NCBI GenBank assembly: GCA_030603365.1
Contig: JAUVXV010000003.1
Span: 288,001 to 352,000, forward strand
Reading direction: 5' to 3'
DNA from: Candidatus Heimdallarchaeota archaeon
GTDB taxonomy: Archaea > Asgardarchaeota > Heimdallarchaeia > Heimdallarchaeales > Heimdallarchaeaceae
DNA: 64,000 bases
The position numbers and the translations under genes were made by a program. How positions within the stretch are numbered: position 1 is the stretch's first letter; each line of letters starts with the position of its first letter. The notes under the pieces were generated by a model, which was given only the letters and a program-made list of their open reading frames with translations, made no database searches and was not told the origin of the DNA. Below, in pieces: positions 20,727-30,324 of the stretch.

Positions 20727-20827
20727 AACTACTTACTAATATTTTTTTCCATAGGTTTAACCGATAAGGTTAAAAACGTGTCTTATTCAACGATAGAACA
20801 AGTAGATAACGTTATTAAGGGATATTC

Positions 20828-21814
20828 ATGAATAGACGCAGTTTCGTAGGATTATTTGCTATTCTCGTAATTCTAGGATCTTCTTCAGCAAAAACTTGGG
20901 GTGCATCTGCATTAATGGATCAAATAGATGACAATACTCCCACATTTAACGCAGAAGGTGACGTTGAGCACTCAATAGTTGCACCAAATACAGTTAATAT
21001 GTCTCAATTAGATCTTTATGATTACTATGGTAGTGTTAGTTCAGATAAAAGGTTCAAATGGAAAATTACTCATCTTGAAAGAACTGATAATTTTCATATT
21101 CAAGAAGGTGATAAGAAACTCAAACAAGGAGACAAAATAATTTTAATTATGGGAGGCGACCCTTGGCTACAGAGAACCGAACCACATTCTTGGTGCCAGA
21201 TTTATGTTAATGATGTGATGGCAAGATACACAGATGACAACGCTCATGGAAGAGCAGTCTTCAAATTTATACAACCAGTTGCACTTAATCTTTTGGAGAA
21301 TTTTACAAATATACTCTATTATAACACCTCATCTTTCATCAATTATTATAGTAATAATTTCAATTACACCCAAAACTTCTGGAATGACTATGGTGGCAAT
21401 ATTTACAACTATACAGATTTGGGTAATGAAGGATTCTTTTCATATATGGAAACTTCTCCATTTGTAAATAGAGAATACTGGACTTTTGACGAAGATTTAA
21501 TAATTTATACAAACACCATAATATCAGAAGTCAATAATGTTACAGAAGTTACTCTAATCTATGACAGAGCAACAGGTTTCTTAAATGAAATGGAATATTC
21601 TACTTCCTTCATCAACGGATCAGGATTCTTTGCAGGTGCTAATCTATCATTGGTTAGACTTCATGGTTGGGGTTTACCTTACACTATCACAACATGGGTT
21701 GTTTGGATACCAATTATATTATTTATTGTAGGTTTAATCGTAGCAGTAAGATTGCACGCTTTCCAAAGGTTGAAATTATATCTTGAAGCAAGAAAAATAG
21801 CTAAGAGAGATTAG
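20828..21814 (+). CDS. Secreted, C-terminally membrane-anchored surface protein
   Basis: Signal peptide, Asn/Tyr-rich segment with several N-x-S/T sequons, C-terminal TM plus basic tail. Confidence 0.7.
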   Translation: MNRRSFVGLFAILVILGSSSAKTWGASALMDQIDDNTPTFNAEGDVEHSIVAPNTVNMSQLDLYDYYGSVSSDKRFKWKITHLERTDNFHIQEGDKKLKQGDKIILIMGGDPWLQRTEPHSWCQIYVNDVMARYTDDNAHGRAVFKFIQPVALNLLENFTNILYYNTSSFINYYSNNFNYTQNFWNDYGGNIYNYTDLGNEGFFSYMETSPFVNREYWTFDEDLIIYTNTIISEVNNVTEVTLIYDRATGFLNEMEYSTSFINGSGFFAGANLSLVRLHGWGLPYTITTWVVWIPIILFIVGLIVAVRLHAFQRLKLYLEARKIAKRD

Positions 21815-21956
21815 ACTTTCTTCTATTTCCTTTTCTTTTCTTATAGTTTTACTTTATTTTCCATAAATCGAAACTGTTATATGTCCTATTAACAGAGTTA
21901 TCCTCTCTGAAGAAAAGTAAATGAAAATAATTTTATTTATATTATGAGTTGATATT

Positions 21957-23480
21957 ATGACTACATTAAATGCTAAAAAAGTCAACTTTGAAATTGAACG
22001 AAATATAGCAATATTAAATATTCAAACATTAAATGAACTTAAGATTAAACATTCCGCAAATATCAAAGTTAAAAGCGATTCTGGTGAAATCATGTGCGAG
22101 GTTTTAAGCACAGATACATTAATCGAACCAGGATTTATTGGATTGAAAGAGAAATCAATCGAAGATTTAAAAATTACAGAAAATACCAAAATAAGTGTTT
22201 TTATCAGACGACGTCCTCAATCACTTGAATATGTTAAAAATAAAAGAGGAGGATCTGTTTGGAAAGAGGGAGAGATACGCTCAATTGTAAACGATATCTG
22301 TAGCGGACAATATACAGAGTTAGAAATTTCCATGTTTACTTTGGCTCAATATTATTTGGGTTTAAACATGGATGAGATTGCAAACCTAACAACTTTTATG
22401 GCTGAGTATGGTACAACATTGGATTTCGAAGAACCAGTTTATGACAAACATTCTATTGGTGGAATTCCAGGGAATAAAGTCAGTTTGATAATTGTTCCCA
22501 CAGTCGCTGCAGCTGGCTTATTAATTCCAAAAACAAGTTCTAGGGCTATAACTTCACCTAGTGGAACAGCTGATACTATGGAAGTACTCTGTGATGTGAA
22601 TTTCTCTGCCGATGAAATATTAGAAATAGCTCCAAAAGTTAGAGGTATGCTAGTTTGGGGTGGAACACTAGATTTGTCACCTCTTGATGAAATTGTTATT
22701 CATCAAATAGAACAACCATTAGGAATTGACCCTCATAGTCAAATGCTTGCCAGTATTTTTAGCAAAAAAGTTTCAACTGGTGTAAACCATATGGTATTAG
22801 ATATTCCTACAGGTGAAGGTACAAAAATGCCAACTAAGGATGATGCAATTAATTATGCACATGAAGCTACAGAATTAGGTAGAAGACTAGGGATTTCAAT
22901 CGAAGCTGCATTGAGTTATGGCGAACAACCTCTGGGTAAAGCGGTAGGTCCAGCATTAGAAGCAAGAGAAGCTTTAGAAGTGATCAATGGGAATGGACCT
23001 ACAAGTGTCTTTGAGAAAAGTGCAGAACTTTCAGGTATTCTTTTTGAAATGGCAGGTCTTGCACAACCAGGTCAAGGGGCTCATTTAGCAGCAGATTTCA
23101 TACTAAAAGGAAAAACAAAGGCTAAGATGGAAGAAATCATAGGTGTTCAAGGAGGAAACGCAACTGTTAATCCAGAAGATATTGTTATAGGTGATAAAGT
23201 AGCAACTGTTGTAGCTCCAAAGGATGGATATATTGTTAAACTATCCAATTCTAATGTAAAGAAAATAGCTAAGGCAGCAGGTGCTCCTCGTCACAAAGAA
23301 GCAGGTGTTTATCTTCACAAGAAAATTGGTGACTTCTGTAAAAAGGATGACAAATTATTGACTATTTATTCAAATAGTGAAGGAAGACTGACAGAAGCTC
23401 TCAACATATCAATGAATCTTCAACCATTTATACTAGAAGGAATGATAATAAAACGTATTTCTTCTGGAACTAAAATCTAA
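21957..23480 (+). CDS. deoA: AMP phosphorylase (thymidine phosphorylase family)
   Basis: N-terminal extension; DKHSIGGIPGNK and PKTSSRAITSPSGTADTME; GPALEAREAL; 507 aa, typical of the archaeal enzyme. Confidence 0.93.
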   Translation: MTTLNAKKVNFEIERNIAILNIQTLNELKIKHSANIKVKSDSGEIMCEVLSTDTLIEPGFIGLKEKSIEDLKITENTKISVFIRRRPQSLEYVKNKRGGSVWKEGEIRSIVNDICSGQYTELEISMFTLAQYYLGLNMDEIANLTTFMAEYGTTLDFEEPVYDKHSIGGIPGNKVSLIIVPTVAAAGLLIPKTSSRAITSPSGTADTMEVLCDVNFSADEILEIAPKVRGMLVWGGTLDLSPLDEIVIHQIEQPLGIDPHSQMLASIFSKKVSTGVNHMVLDIPTGEGTKMPTKDDAINYAHEATELGRRLGISIEAALSYGEQPLGKAVGPALEAREALEVINGNGPTSVFEKSAELSGILFEMAGLAQPGQGAHLAADFILKGKTKAKMEEIIGVQGGNATVNPEDIVIGDKVATVVAPKDGYIVKLSNSNVKKIAKAAGAPRHKEAGVYLHKKIGDFCKKDDKLLTIYSNSEGRLTEALNISMNLQPFILEGMIIKRISSGTKI

Positions 23481-23958
23481 GAAATCTGGAATCTTCCTGT
23501 ATTTCTTCTACATCCATTTTTTCACCCTCTTTTTTTAGAACCATTTTATGCATGTATAGAGATTGATCCAAAAATTGGATGTTGAAACCTACTTTTTGCC
23601 AAAAGGGAGTGACAAATGGAGAACAACAAAGTTGAATTGTATCCTCTTCTATGACCCTTTGTGTTAGTATTTGTGCACATCTCTGACCAATTCCTTTTTT
23701 TCTCAAATCCTCCCTAACTTCAAACACATAGATTATAGGACAGCCTACAGACATGAATCCTCCTTCATAGTCAGGTTCATCTGGAATAACAGCTGTAACA
23801 GCAACAATCTCTTCCTCCATCATAAATCCGTAGCATTTGATCTGTTCATCAAAAAACATTCGATATGAAGTGAAAAATGGAAATGAATGAGCTGGAACAT
23901 CATCATAATCAACAATTTGGACGTTTATTTCCTTCTCTTGTAGATCTTCCTCATTCAT
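23470..23958 (-). CDS. GNAT family N-acetyltransferase
   Basis: FEVREDLRKKGIGQ (motif A) and PFWQKVGF (motif B). Confidence 0.85.
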   Translation of the reverse strand: MNEEDLQEKEINVQIVDYDDVPAHSFPFFTSYRMFFDEQIKCYGFMMEEEIVAVTAVIPDEPDYEGGFMSVGCPIIYVFEVREDLRKKGIGQRCAQILTQRVIEEDTIQLCCSPFVTPFWQKVGFNIQFLDQSLYMHKMVLKKEGEKMDVEEIQEDSRFLRF

Positions 23959-24080
23959 TTTAGTACCCTGTACCTACTTTTTACGTTTAAATGTAAATAA
24001 AATTATACATGGTGCTAGTCTGCAAAGCGGAAGACTTTTTATTTCTGAAAATCTGCTTTACTTTGTTGAGGAGATAATTT

Positions 24081-25289
24081 ATGTCCAATTTTGATTATGT
24101 AGAAGATGCTATGTTCGGAAAATCAATATTTAAAAATGAATCAACTCTTTATCCTGAATATGTTCCACCCGATCTTCCTACAAGAGAAGAGGATATCGCT
24201 AGATTGGCTAGAAACTTCAGATCTCTCTTAGGAAAAGAAGGCTCATTTTCAGTCAATGTAGCAATAGTCGGGCATGCAGGTATAGGCAAGACAAATTTAT
24301 GCAAATATACAATGAAACGTTTTGAAGAAGCAGCCAATGCAAGACATATCAATGTGAAATTCCTTTATTACAACTGCCACTCTTTCAGAAGTAAAACAGC
24401 TGTTCTTAGAAATGTTCTATCAGAGCATTTTAGGATACAATCAAGAGGTTTTAGTGATGAAGAGATATTAGACATGCTAGTTAAAAGATTGATAAAAGAA
24501 AATATTAGGTTAATAATTGCCCTAGATGAGGCTAACATGCTCAATTCCGAGGATATCTTGAGTATATTTCATGCAGGGGAGTATTTTGGGTCTGAACAAA
24601 GTATGATCTCTACAATCATCATTTCGAGACCGATAGAATGGCGATCGCTTCTGAATGTACCTCTTTCTGGGCATATTCATGACCAAATTGATCTTGAGGG
24701 ATACAACAGAGACCAGTTGCTTCAGATACTCAAATATCGAGCAGAGAAAGCACTCTATCCAACAGCTTATTCTGATGAAACACTTGATTTAATTGCCGAT
24801 ATATGTTCTGCATCAAGAAACGCTAGACATGGTTTAGAAATTCTATATCGATCTGGTAAACTTGTTGATCTGAAAAAAGAAAATTCTATTCTACCAGATT
24901 ATATTAGAGCAGCTAAGGCTGATGTTTATCCTGAATTAAGACGAGATGTTTTAGAAGAACTACGTAGTCATGAATTATTAGCCGCTTTAGGTGTAGCTAA
25001 AAAATTAGCCAAACAAGGTATCACATCAACTTCTGTGGATGAAGCTTATGATAACTATGTATTGGCATGTGAAGAGTATGGAGAAGAAGTGAGAGGAAAA
25101 TCAACATTTAGATCTGCACTAGATACTTTACATAAGGTAGGAATCATTGGGAAAAGTGTTGGCCCAATTGAGGAAGGCAAAAGAGGTAGAAGAGCGAAAA
25201 TTACAACCTTTGATATCCCTGCAACAGTGTTAGTTGAACGAATAGAGAATATTTTATCTAAACCAAGAAATATACATGGACATAACTAG
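24081..25289 (+). CDS. cdc6: Orc1/Cdc6 replication initiation protein
   Basis: PEYVPPDLPTRE, Walker A GHAGIGKT, YYNC, Walker B IIALDEA, ARHGLEIL, C-terminal winged helix with GKRGR. Confidence 0.93.
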   Translation: MSNFDYVEDAMFGKSIFKNESTLYPEYVPPDLPTREEDIARLARNFRSLLGKEGSFSVNVAIVGHAGIGKTNLCKYTMKRFEEAANARHINVKFLYYNCHSFRSKTAVLRNVLSEHFRIQSRGFSDEEILDMLVKRLIKENIRLIIALDEANMLNSEDILSIFHAGEYFGSEQSMISTIIISRPIEWRSLLNVPLSGHIHDQIDLEGYNRDQLLQILKYRAEKALYPTAYSDETLDLIADICSASRNARHGLEILYRSGKLVDLKKENSILPDYIRAAKADVYPELRRDVLEELRSHELLAALGVAKKLAKQGITSTSVDEAYDNYVLACEEYGEEVRGKSTFRSALDTLHKVGIIGKSVGPIEEGKRGRRAKITTFDIPATVLVERIENILSKPRNIHGHN

Positions 25290-25519
25290 TTGACACAAAT
25301 CATTGTCATGGAATTTTTTACTCCTTCAACTATGATATTATTATTTAGTACTTGATTCTTGAGTTCATCCATAGTTTCATATACAATTTTAACTATAAGA
25401 TCATAAATTCCATATACTGCATAAACTTCAGTAACTTCTTTGATTTGCTTTAAACCCTCTTGAACGGCTTCGAGCATTCCAGGTTGAACATTTAGAAGAA
25501 TATAAGCTGCTTGTGTCAT
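25286..25519 (-). CDS. Stand-alone Lrp/AsnC ligand-binding (RAM) domain protein
   Basis: AYILLNV...EVYAVYGIYDLIVKI...GVKNSMTMI; 77 aa. Confidence 0.9.
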   Translation of the reverse strand: MTQAAYILLNVQPGMLEAVQEGLKQIKEVTEVYAVYGIYDLIVKIVYETMDELKNQVLNNNIIVEGVKNSMTMICVN

Positions 25520-25646
25520 TTTTAAACACTTTGTATTTTTGGGATGACAGATTCAAATCCATTTAAAAAAACTAACATTGGGACATGAGTAAAGAAAATT
25601 GTAATTTTTTATAAAAAGAATAAAAGAAAAAAGTAAAGCAAATAGG

Positions 25647-26966
25647 TTATTTTTGAGTTATTCGCAGTCTGGATTTACATGCGGGACAAGTCCCGTTTCC
25701 TACTATCCATTGGTAAAGATGATTTTTGTGGTATGCTATGTCACAAGAAGGACATCGAATTAGATTTTTATGATCGCCAATGATTTGCAAGCAAATCGAA
25801 CATTTGACTTTACTTTTTTCTGAGGTTTTAAGGCTATAATCTTCTATTGCATCATTAAAATTAATTGCTACAGTTTCTTGAGGTTGATATGAAACGGATT
25901 CATTTAAGTACTGAAATTTAGCAGAAGGTATATGTATCGAATCCATTACTGTTTTTTTTCTTCTCCTACGAACTACAACTCGGAAACAGATTGCTATAAA
26001 AGCGAATATAATCGCTCCATAGAGGAATAATCTAGCGAAATAAATAATAATGACCCAAAAGAAACTGGCATCTGAATTATAGTAATTATAGTAATCAATA
26101 TACCACATATAGTAGTAATCCGAATGAACCAAATCCAAAGGAATTTCCTCTAGATTATTATCTCCATAATTCAAAAATAATCTTGTAATATAGTTTTCTG
26201 CGATATGATCATAGTATAGTTTTGTAGAAATCCAACTAGTTGAGTTATAATCTTCAAATTTCAAACTTAAATTATACCACACATCAGGGACTAAGTAGTC
26301 ATATGTCCATAGAGTGAAGCTTTTGTCTTCTTCATAATCTAAATTGCTATCCAAATGAGCCACAAAATCATCATTTTCATAATAGATTGTTATAGAAAAA
26401 TTATCACTATTAATGAAATTATCAACTATGCTAACTACCATTTTTTCAACTTCTTGATATTCAAATTCCGATCTTTCTATTCCAAAGTATACATCCAAGT
26501 CAGGTTTAGTAATAAGTTCATAGGTCCAAAGTGTATAGTGGTTGTCAATACTTAGTGAATATCCTAATTCCTCAACATTTAGCGCAGTGAAGACAATTTT
26601 TACAATCCCTGTTATTCGAGAATCAGTTATAAAATGATGATTTTCAACATCGCTAGAAGGTATAAGCCAACTCTTTATTTCAGTATCATTAAAATCAAAT
26701 ACAAGACTTATTAATAATCCTTGATAAGGACCTTCAATATCTTCTCCCCAGTAGTTAACTATTGTCCTAAATTCCAAATATTCACTATCTAACTGAACAA
26801 ATAGTGTGGTTTCATTAAAAATCAAATTAGCATAGAAGTCATGACTTTGCACTGTGGAATTATAACTGAAATCAGCTTCAGTTTCCCCTATTGATTGTAT
26901 GTTACTCAACAATAATATTGCGAATAAAAGAAAAAAAATGAAAGGGAGGTTTTTAAATTTCTTCAC
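25647..26966 (-). CDS. Type I membrane protein with cytoplasmic RING finger (putative E3 ubiquitin ligase)
   Basis: Signal peptide, ~270 aa ectodomain, TM, RRRRKK stop-transfer, CSIC-x12-CPSC-x4-HKNH-x3-W-x6-CPAC. Confidence 0.8.
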   Translation of the reverse strand: MKKFKNLPFIFFLLFAILLLSNIQSIGETEADFSYNSTVQSHDFYANLIFNETTLFVQLDSEYLEFRTIVNYWGEDIEGPYQGLLISLVFDFNDTEIKSWLIPSSDVENHHFITDSRITGIVKIVFTALNVEELGYSLSIDNHYTLWTYELITKPDLDVYFGIERSEFEYQEVEKMVVSIVDNFINSDNFSITIYYENDDFVAHLDSNLDYEEDKSFTLWTYDYLVPDVWYNLSLKFEDYNSTSWISTKLYYDHIAENYITRLFLNYGDNNLEEIPLDLVHSDYYYMWYIDYYNYYNSDASFFWVIIIYFARLFLYGAIIFAFIAICFRVVVRRRRKKTVMDSIHIPSAKFQYLNESVSYQPQETVAINFNDAIEDYSLKTSEKSKVKCSICLQIIGDHKNLIRCPSCDIAYHKNHLYQWIVGNGTCPACKSRLRITQK

Positions 26967-26971
26967 TTATT

Positions 26972-29080
26972 TCACCTTCTTTTTTTAATTATAATTGCAA
27001 TTACTGCTAGACACAATAATGGTAGGTAGATTGGCCAATAGTTTGTTGCCATTGGTTCTGTTGCTCCAGTCCAATAGTGACCATATGGTGTATACTGGTC
27101 TTCATAATCAAAGCTAATGAAAATCTCTCCAGTATGATATTCTGCATAAACAAGTATATACAAATCTTCTTCAGGTAAAATTACCTCTGAAGCCCCCTTA
27201 CTAATAAATTCCCAATTACTTGCATTAAAAACTATAATACTTGTTTGAACTACTATAGAATCTGCAACTATGCTTCTATCATCTTCATCGCTAAACTTAT
27301 TATCGATTCTAAAAAGCAGTGCATCTGTTTCGTCAATCTCTCTAGATATCTCTTGTTCAAAACTCAGGTTTTGAGGAATAACATTAGCTACTATTACTCT
27401 TGCATTATTTTGTGATATTAAAGATACTTTGATTAAATGATCTTTCTCGACTACTACTGTTTGATAAGGTACATTTTTGTTATTTAGGATTATTTCAGAA
27501 TCATTTACATCAGCAGCAAGAACATCGAAATTATCAGAATATCTGGAAAATATTAAACCAAATGAATCAAAGTAGGCATGTCCTATAAGCTTGCATACAA
27601 TAGCTTGATTTGGAAGTAAGATAAATTCTCTTCTCTTTCCAAGACTAACTAGTTGTTGGTTTTCTAGTTCTTCAAGATTAATTTCGAAAACTTCAGTCAT
27701 AATTTCGTTTTCTAACCAATCTTCGGAATATACTTGATAGCGCAATATTTCAGATGTAAATACATAAGGTAGAGTTAGAACATATGAGTGGTTGAAAACT
27801 TGAGACGCGTTAGCAATTGTCCAAAATGGTATATCATCTATTTTGTAGTATATATCTACAAAAGCAGTTCCTGTGACATCTTTAACTTCACACATTACAT
27901 TAATTAATTTCTCATCTGTGATGAAATCCTCGCTTATATAAACCCAGGAATCTATCTCTGGTGGTAGGTCATCTATAAGAATTACAAATGTTTTTTCCAT
28001 AGATTTTCGAATATAGAATTCATTTAGGTGAGAAAGTGTTACTTTGATTTGAAAGTTTAATTCCACAGCATAATAAACTATTAGTTCTCCAATAATTTCA
28101 GGGATATCACCAGTTTGAAGTTCTCCTTCTCCTAAGACTATGTAAGTACCTTCAGTATACTCAGCACCTGCTTCTAGTTGCACTTTTGTTAAACTATCTG
28201 ATCCACTAGCAGCTATAGAACACAAAACAAATCCTTCTTGAGCTAGGTTCTCAAACAAGTTATATAGTAATGGTCCATCATAATCTGAATCTGAACCACT
28301 ACCAATTACAACACCACCATCACAAGGTTCGTCAGTAATCAGTATTATCAATTTAACAGTATCTTCTCTCCAATCTAAATTATTTTGTGCAACCCAAAGC
28401 GCATCTCCCCAAGGTTCGTGACCTCCAGAAGCTGCAGTATTACCGAGAACAGTTACTATAGATTCTATATCATCAGTCAAAGGATAGACTAAATTTGGAT
28501 TAGTATAAGGATTTGAAGAAGTTCCTCCAAATAGAATTAAACTTAATCTAAAATCTGGTACTTCAGTACTTATTTCATCAATAACATCAATTAACTCTGA
28601 AGTAAGTACTTGAATTTCATCATCCATCGATCCTGATTGATCTAATACAATTGCTAAATCAAGGGATTTTGATACACCTGTATTTAGCGTCCCAGTTTCA
28701 ATAATATATTCCTGTGATATCCAAGATTCATTTAGATTCAAGTTATCTTTTGTTTCATTTAGTGGATTTAAAATGACACCATATTCATTAGTCTGAGAAC
28801 TTAACTCTAACTGACTTACTTCCTCAGAGGAAAAGTTTGTAATATTGAATTGTACAGTAAATGTACTTTCAGGTAGAGTTGATGGAATCCCATCAGTTCT
28901 GTGAGATGGTAGATTTGTTATCATTTCAATAGTTACATTTGACAGAGGACTCTCTACAGTAGAGAAATCTTTCTGTGGTTCTAAAATACGATCTTCTTGA
29001 CCAAAAATGGTCAAAGAAGGAACTATTAAACTGCATATTAAAACTGCAGTAAATATCTTTTCTTTTCTATTCAATTTCAT
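26972..29080 (-). CDS. Cell-surface von Willebrand factor A domain protein, C-terminally anchored
   Basis: Signal peptide; MIDAS LDQSGSM; GGHEPWGDAL and WRED...LITDEP; C-terminal TM plus KKRR. Confidence 0.85.
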   Translation of the reverse strand: MKLNRKEKIFTAVLICSLIVPSLTIFGQEDRILEPQKDFSTVESPLSNVTIEMITNLPSHRTDGIPSTLPESTFTVQFNITNFSSEEVSQLELSSQTNEYGVILNPLNETKDNLNLNESWISQEYIIETGTLNTGVSKSLDLAIVLDQSGSMDDEIQVLTSELIDVIDEISTEVPDFRLSLILFGGTSSNPYTNPNLVYPLTDDIESIVTVLGNTAASGGHEPWGDALWVAQNNLDWREDTVKLIILITDEPCDGGVVIGSGSDSDYDGPLLYNLFENLAQEGFVLCSIAASGSDSLTKVQLEAGAEYTEGTYIVLGEGELQTGDIPEIIGELIVYYAVELNFQIKVTLSHLNEFYIRKSMEKTFVILIDDLPPEIDSWVYISEDFITDEKLINVMCEVKDVTGTAFVDIYYKIDDIPFWTIANASQVFNHSYVLTLPYVFTSEILRYQVYSEDWLENEIMTEVFEINLEELENQQLVSLGKRREFILLPNQAIVCKLIGHAYFDSFGLIFSRYSDNFDVLAADVNDSEIILNNKNVPYQTVVVEKDHLIKVSLISQNNARVIVANVIPQNLSFEQEISREIDETDALLFRIDNKFSDEDDRSIVADSIVVQTSIIVFNASNWEFISKGASEVILPEEDLYILVYAEYHTGEIFISFDYEDQYTPYGHYWTGATEPMATNYWPIYLPLLCLAVIAIIIKKRR

Positions 29081-29088
29081 ATTATCTC

Positions 29089-29179
29089 AATATATCGATA
29101 TGTTGATTTCACTAATAAATATTGTGGATGGGGTAGATTTGGCCAACAATATCAATATTCCGATATATTTATATTGTGG
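29089..29179. promoter_or_regulatory. Repeat-rich divergent promoter region (candidate operator sites)
   Basis: Inverted repeat AATATATCGATATGTTGAT (29089-29107) / ATCAATATTCCGATATATT (29151-29169), 16/19 match; direct repeat ATATTGTGG at 29119 and 29171. Confidence 0.5.
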
Positions 29180-29198
29180 TTCTGTGTATGTTATTTTA

Positions 29199-29558
29199 AT
29201 GACAGAGAAGTATTTCAAAAAAATGATTGCACTTCTAGAAGAGATGAATACGAGATTAAAAAATATAGAACAGTCTCTTGGATCAGAGATCTCTCCAATT
29301 TCATCTTTGGATTTACTAACGAAAATTCCTAAATCGCATTTAGAAACCTATTTTACGGTACAAAGGCTAGATGAAGCAACATGTAAAGAAGTTGCAGATG
29401 AAACAGGTAGGGCATTCAATTTAGAATCAAGGTACCTTGTCAGATTGAATGAATTAGGCTTTTTGGATAGAAAAAGAGTACCAATTTCCAAACCTACTAA
29501 AGACAATCCCAATACAAGAGGCACAGAAGTTAAATACTTCTTGAAGGAGAGTAATTAA
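29199..29558 (+). CDS. Winged-helix DNA-binding protein with N-terminal coiled coil
   Basis: ATCKEVADETGRAFNLESRYLVRLNELGFL HTH with wing. ATG at 29199; the ORF-track start overlaps the divergent gene. Confidence 0.8.
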   Translation: MTEKYFKKMIALLEEMNTRLKNIEQSLGSEISPISSLDLLTKIPKSHLETYFTVQRLDEATCKEVADETGRAFNLESRYLVRLNELGFLDRKRVPISKPTKDNPNTRGTEVKYFLKESN

Positions 29559-29559
29559 G

Positions 29560-30324
29560 ATGAAGACAATTAGCGTTCATAGTTACAAAGGAGGAACTGG
29601 AAAGACTACTTTTCTGTTAAATCTTGCTGGTCTCTTAGCACAAGAAGGTAAGAAAGTATTAGCAATGGATTATGATTTAAGAGCTCCTTCTTTTCAATCA
29701 TATTTCAGCACAAATAATCTTGTTTCTTTATCTAATTATCTTCTAGAGGATACACCAATATCAAAAATAATATTTCCATGTCAAGTTAATGATGAAATTC
29801 ATCTTGATATTGTGTTTTCATCCATGGAATTTTTACAGCAGCATTCCAAGCAAAGAGATAAATTGTCAAGAGATGATTCCAAATATCTGTCAAAACTTTT
29901 TAATCTCCAGAAGTTAATATCAAAAACTTATGATTATTTGTTGATTGATACAATTCCTGGATTCTTCTATAGATCAATTGATGCATTGATGGTTTCGAAT
30001 ATAATTCTTGTAGTCGCTAATCCTAGTATATCTAATATTCTTGGACTTGAAGAGTTGAGTGGTAATATCTACTCTATGCTGAGTAAAGAAACAAAGATGG
30101 TTTTATTGATAAACAAAATCGAAGAAGAAGGAATTCAAGCTGATAAAACTATCTTTGAGGAAAATCTTTCAAAACTTAAGAAAATTGGGGACCAAATGTT
30201 TACTCATACTTTGGAGGTTCCTTTCTTCAATATGCTTAGTGAGAGAATCTACGCATTTGAAAAGGATACAAATAAGGAATTTTTAGATGTAATAACAAAG
30301 TTATCTAAAATAATTAGAGAATGA
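29560..30324 (+). CDS. MinD/ParA family ATPase
   Basis: Deviant Walker A SYKGGTGKTT; DYDLRAPS; YDYLLIDTIPG; INK. Confidence 0.9.
   Translation: MKTISVHSYKGGTGKTTFLLNLAGLLAQEGKKVLAMDYDLRAPSFQSYFSTNNLVSLSNYLLEDTPISKIIFPCQVNDEIHLDIVFSSMEFLQQHSKQRDKLSRDDSKYLSKLFNLQKLISKTYDYLLIDTIPGFFYRSIDALMVSNIILVVANPSISNILGLEELSGNIYSMLSKETKMVLLINKIEEEGIQADKTIFEENLSKLKKIGDQMFTHTLEVPFFNMLSERIYAFEKDTNKEFLDVITKLSKIIRE

Noticed and set aside
23959-24080. Replication origin next to cdc6
   Set aside because: The spacer is short, and no repeated ORB-like (TCCAxTxGAAA plus G-string) motifs were seen here or at 25520-25646.
29007-29198. N-terminal extensions in the ORF track (also 14330, 15592, 33554, 49206)
   Set aside because: They overlap divergent genes, promoters or the IS remnant; downstream starts fit the family lengths better.
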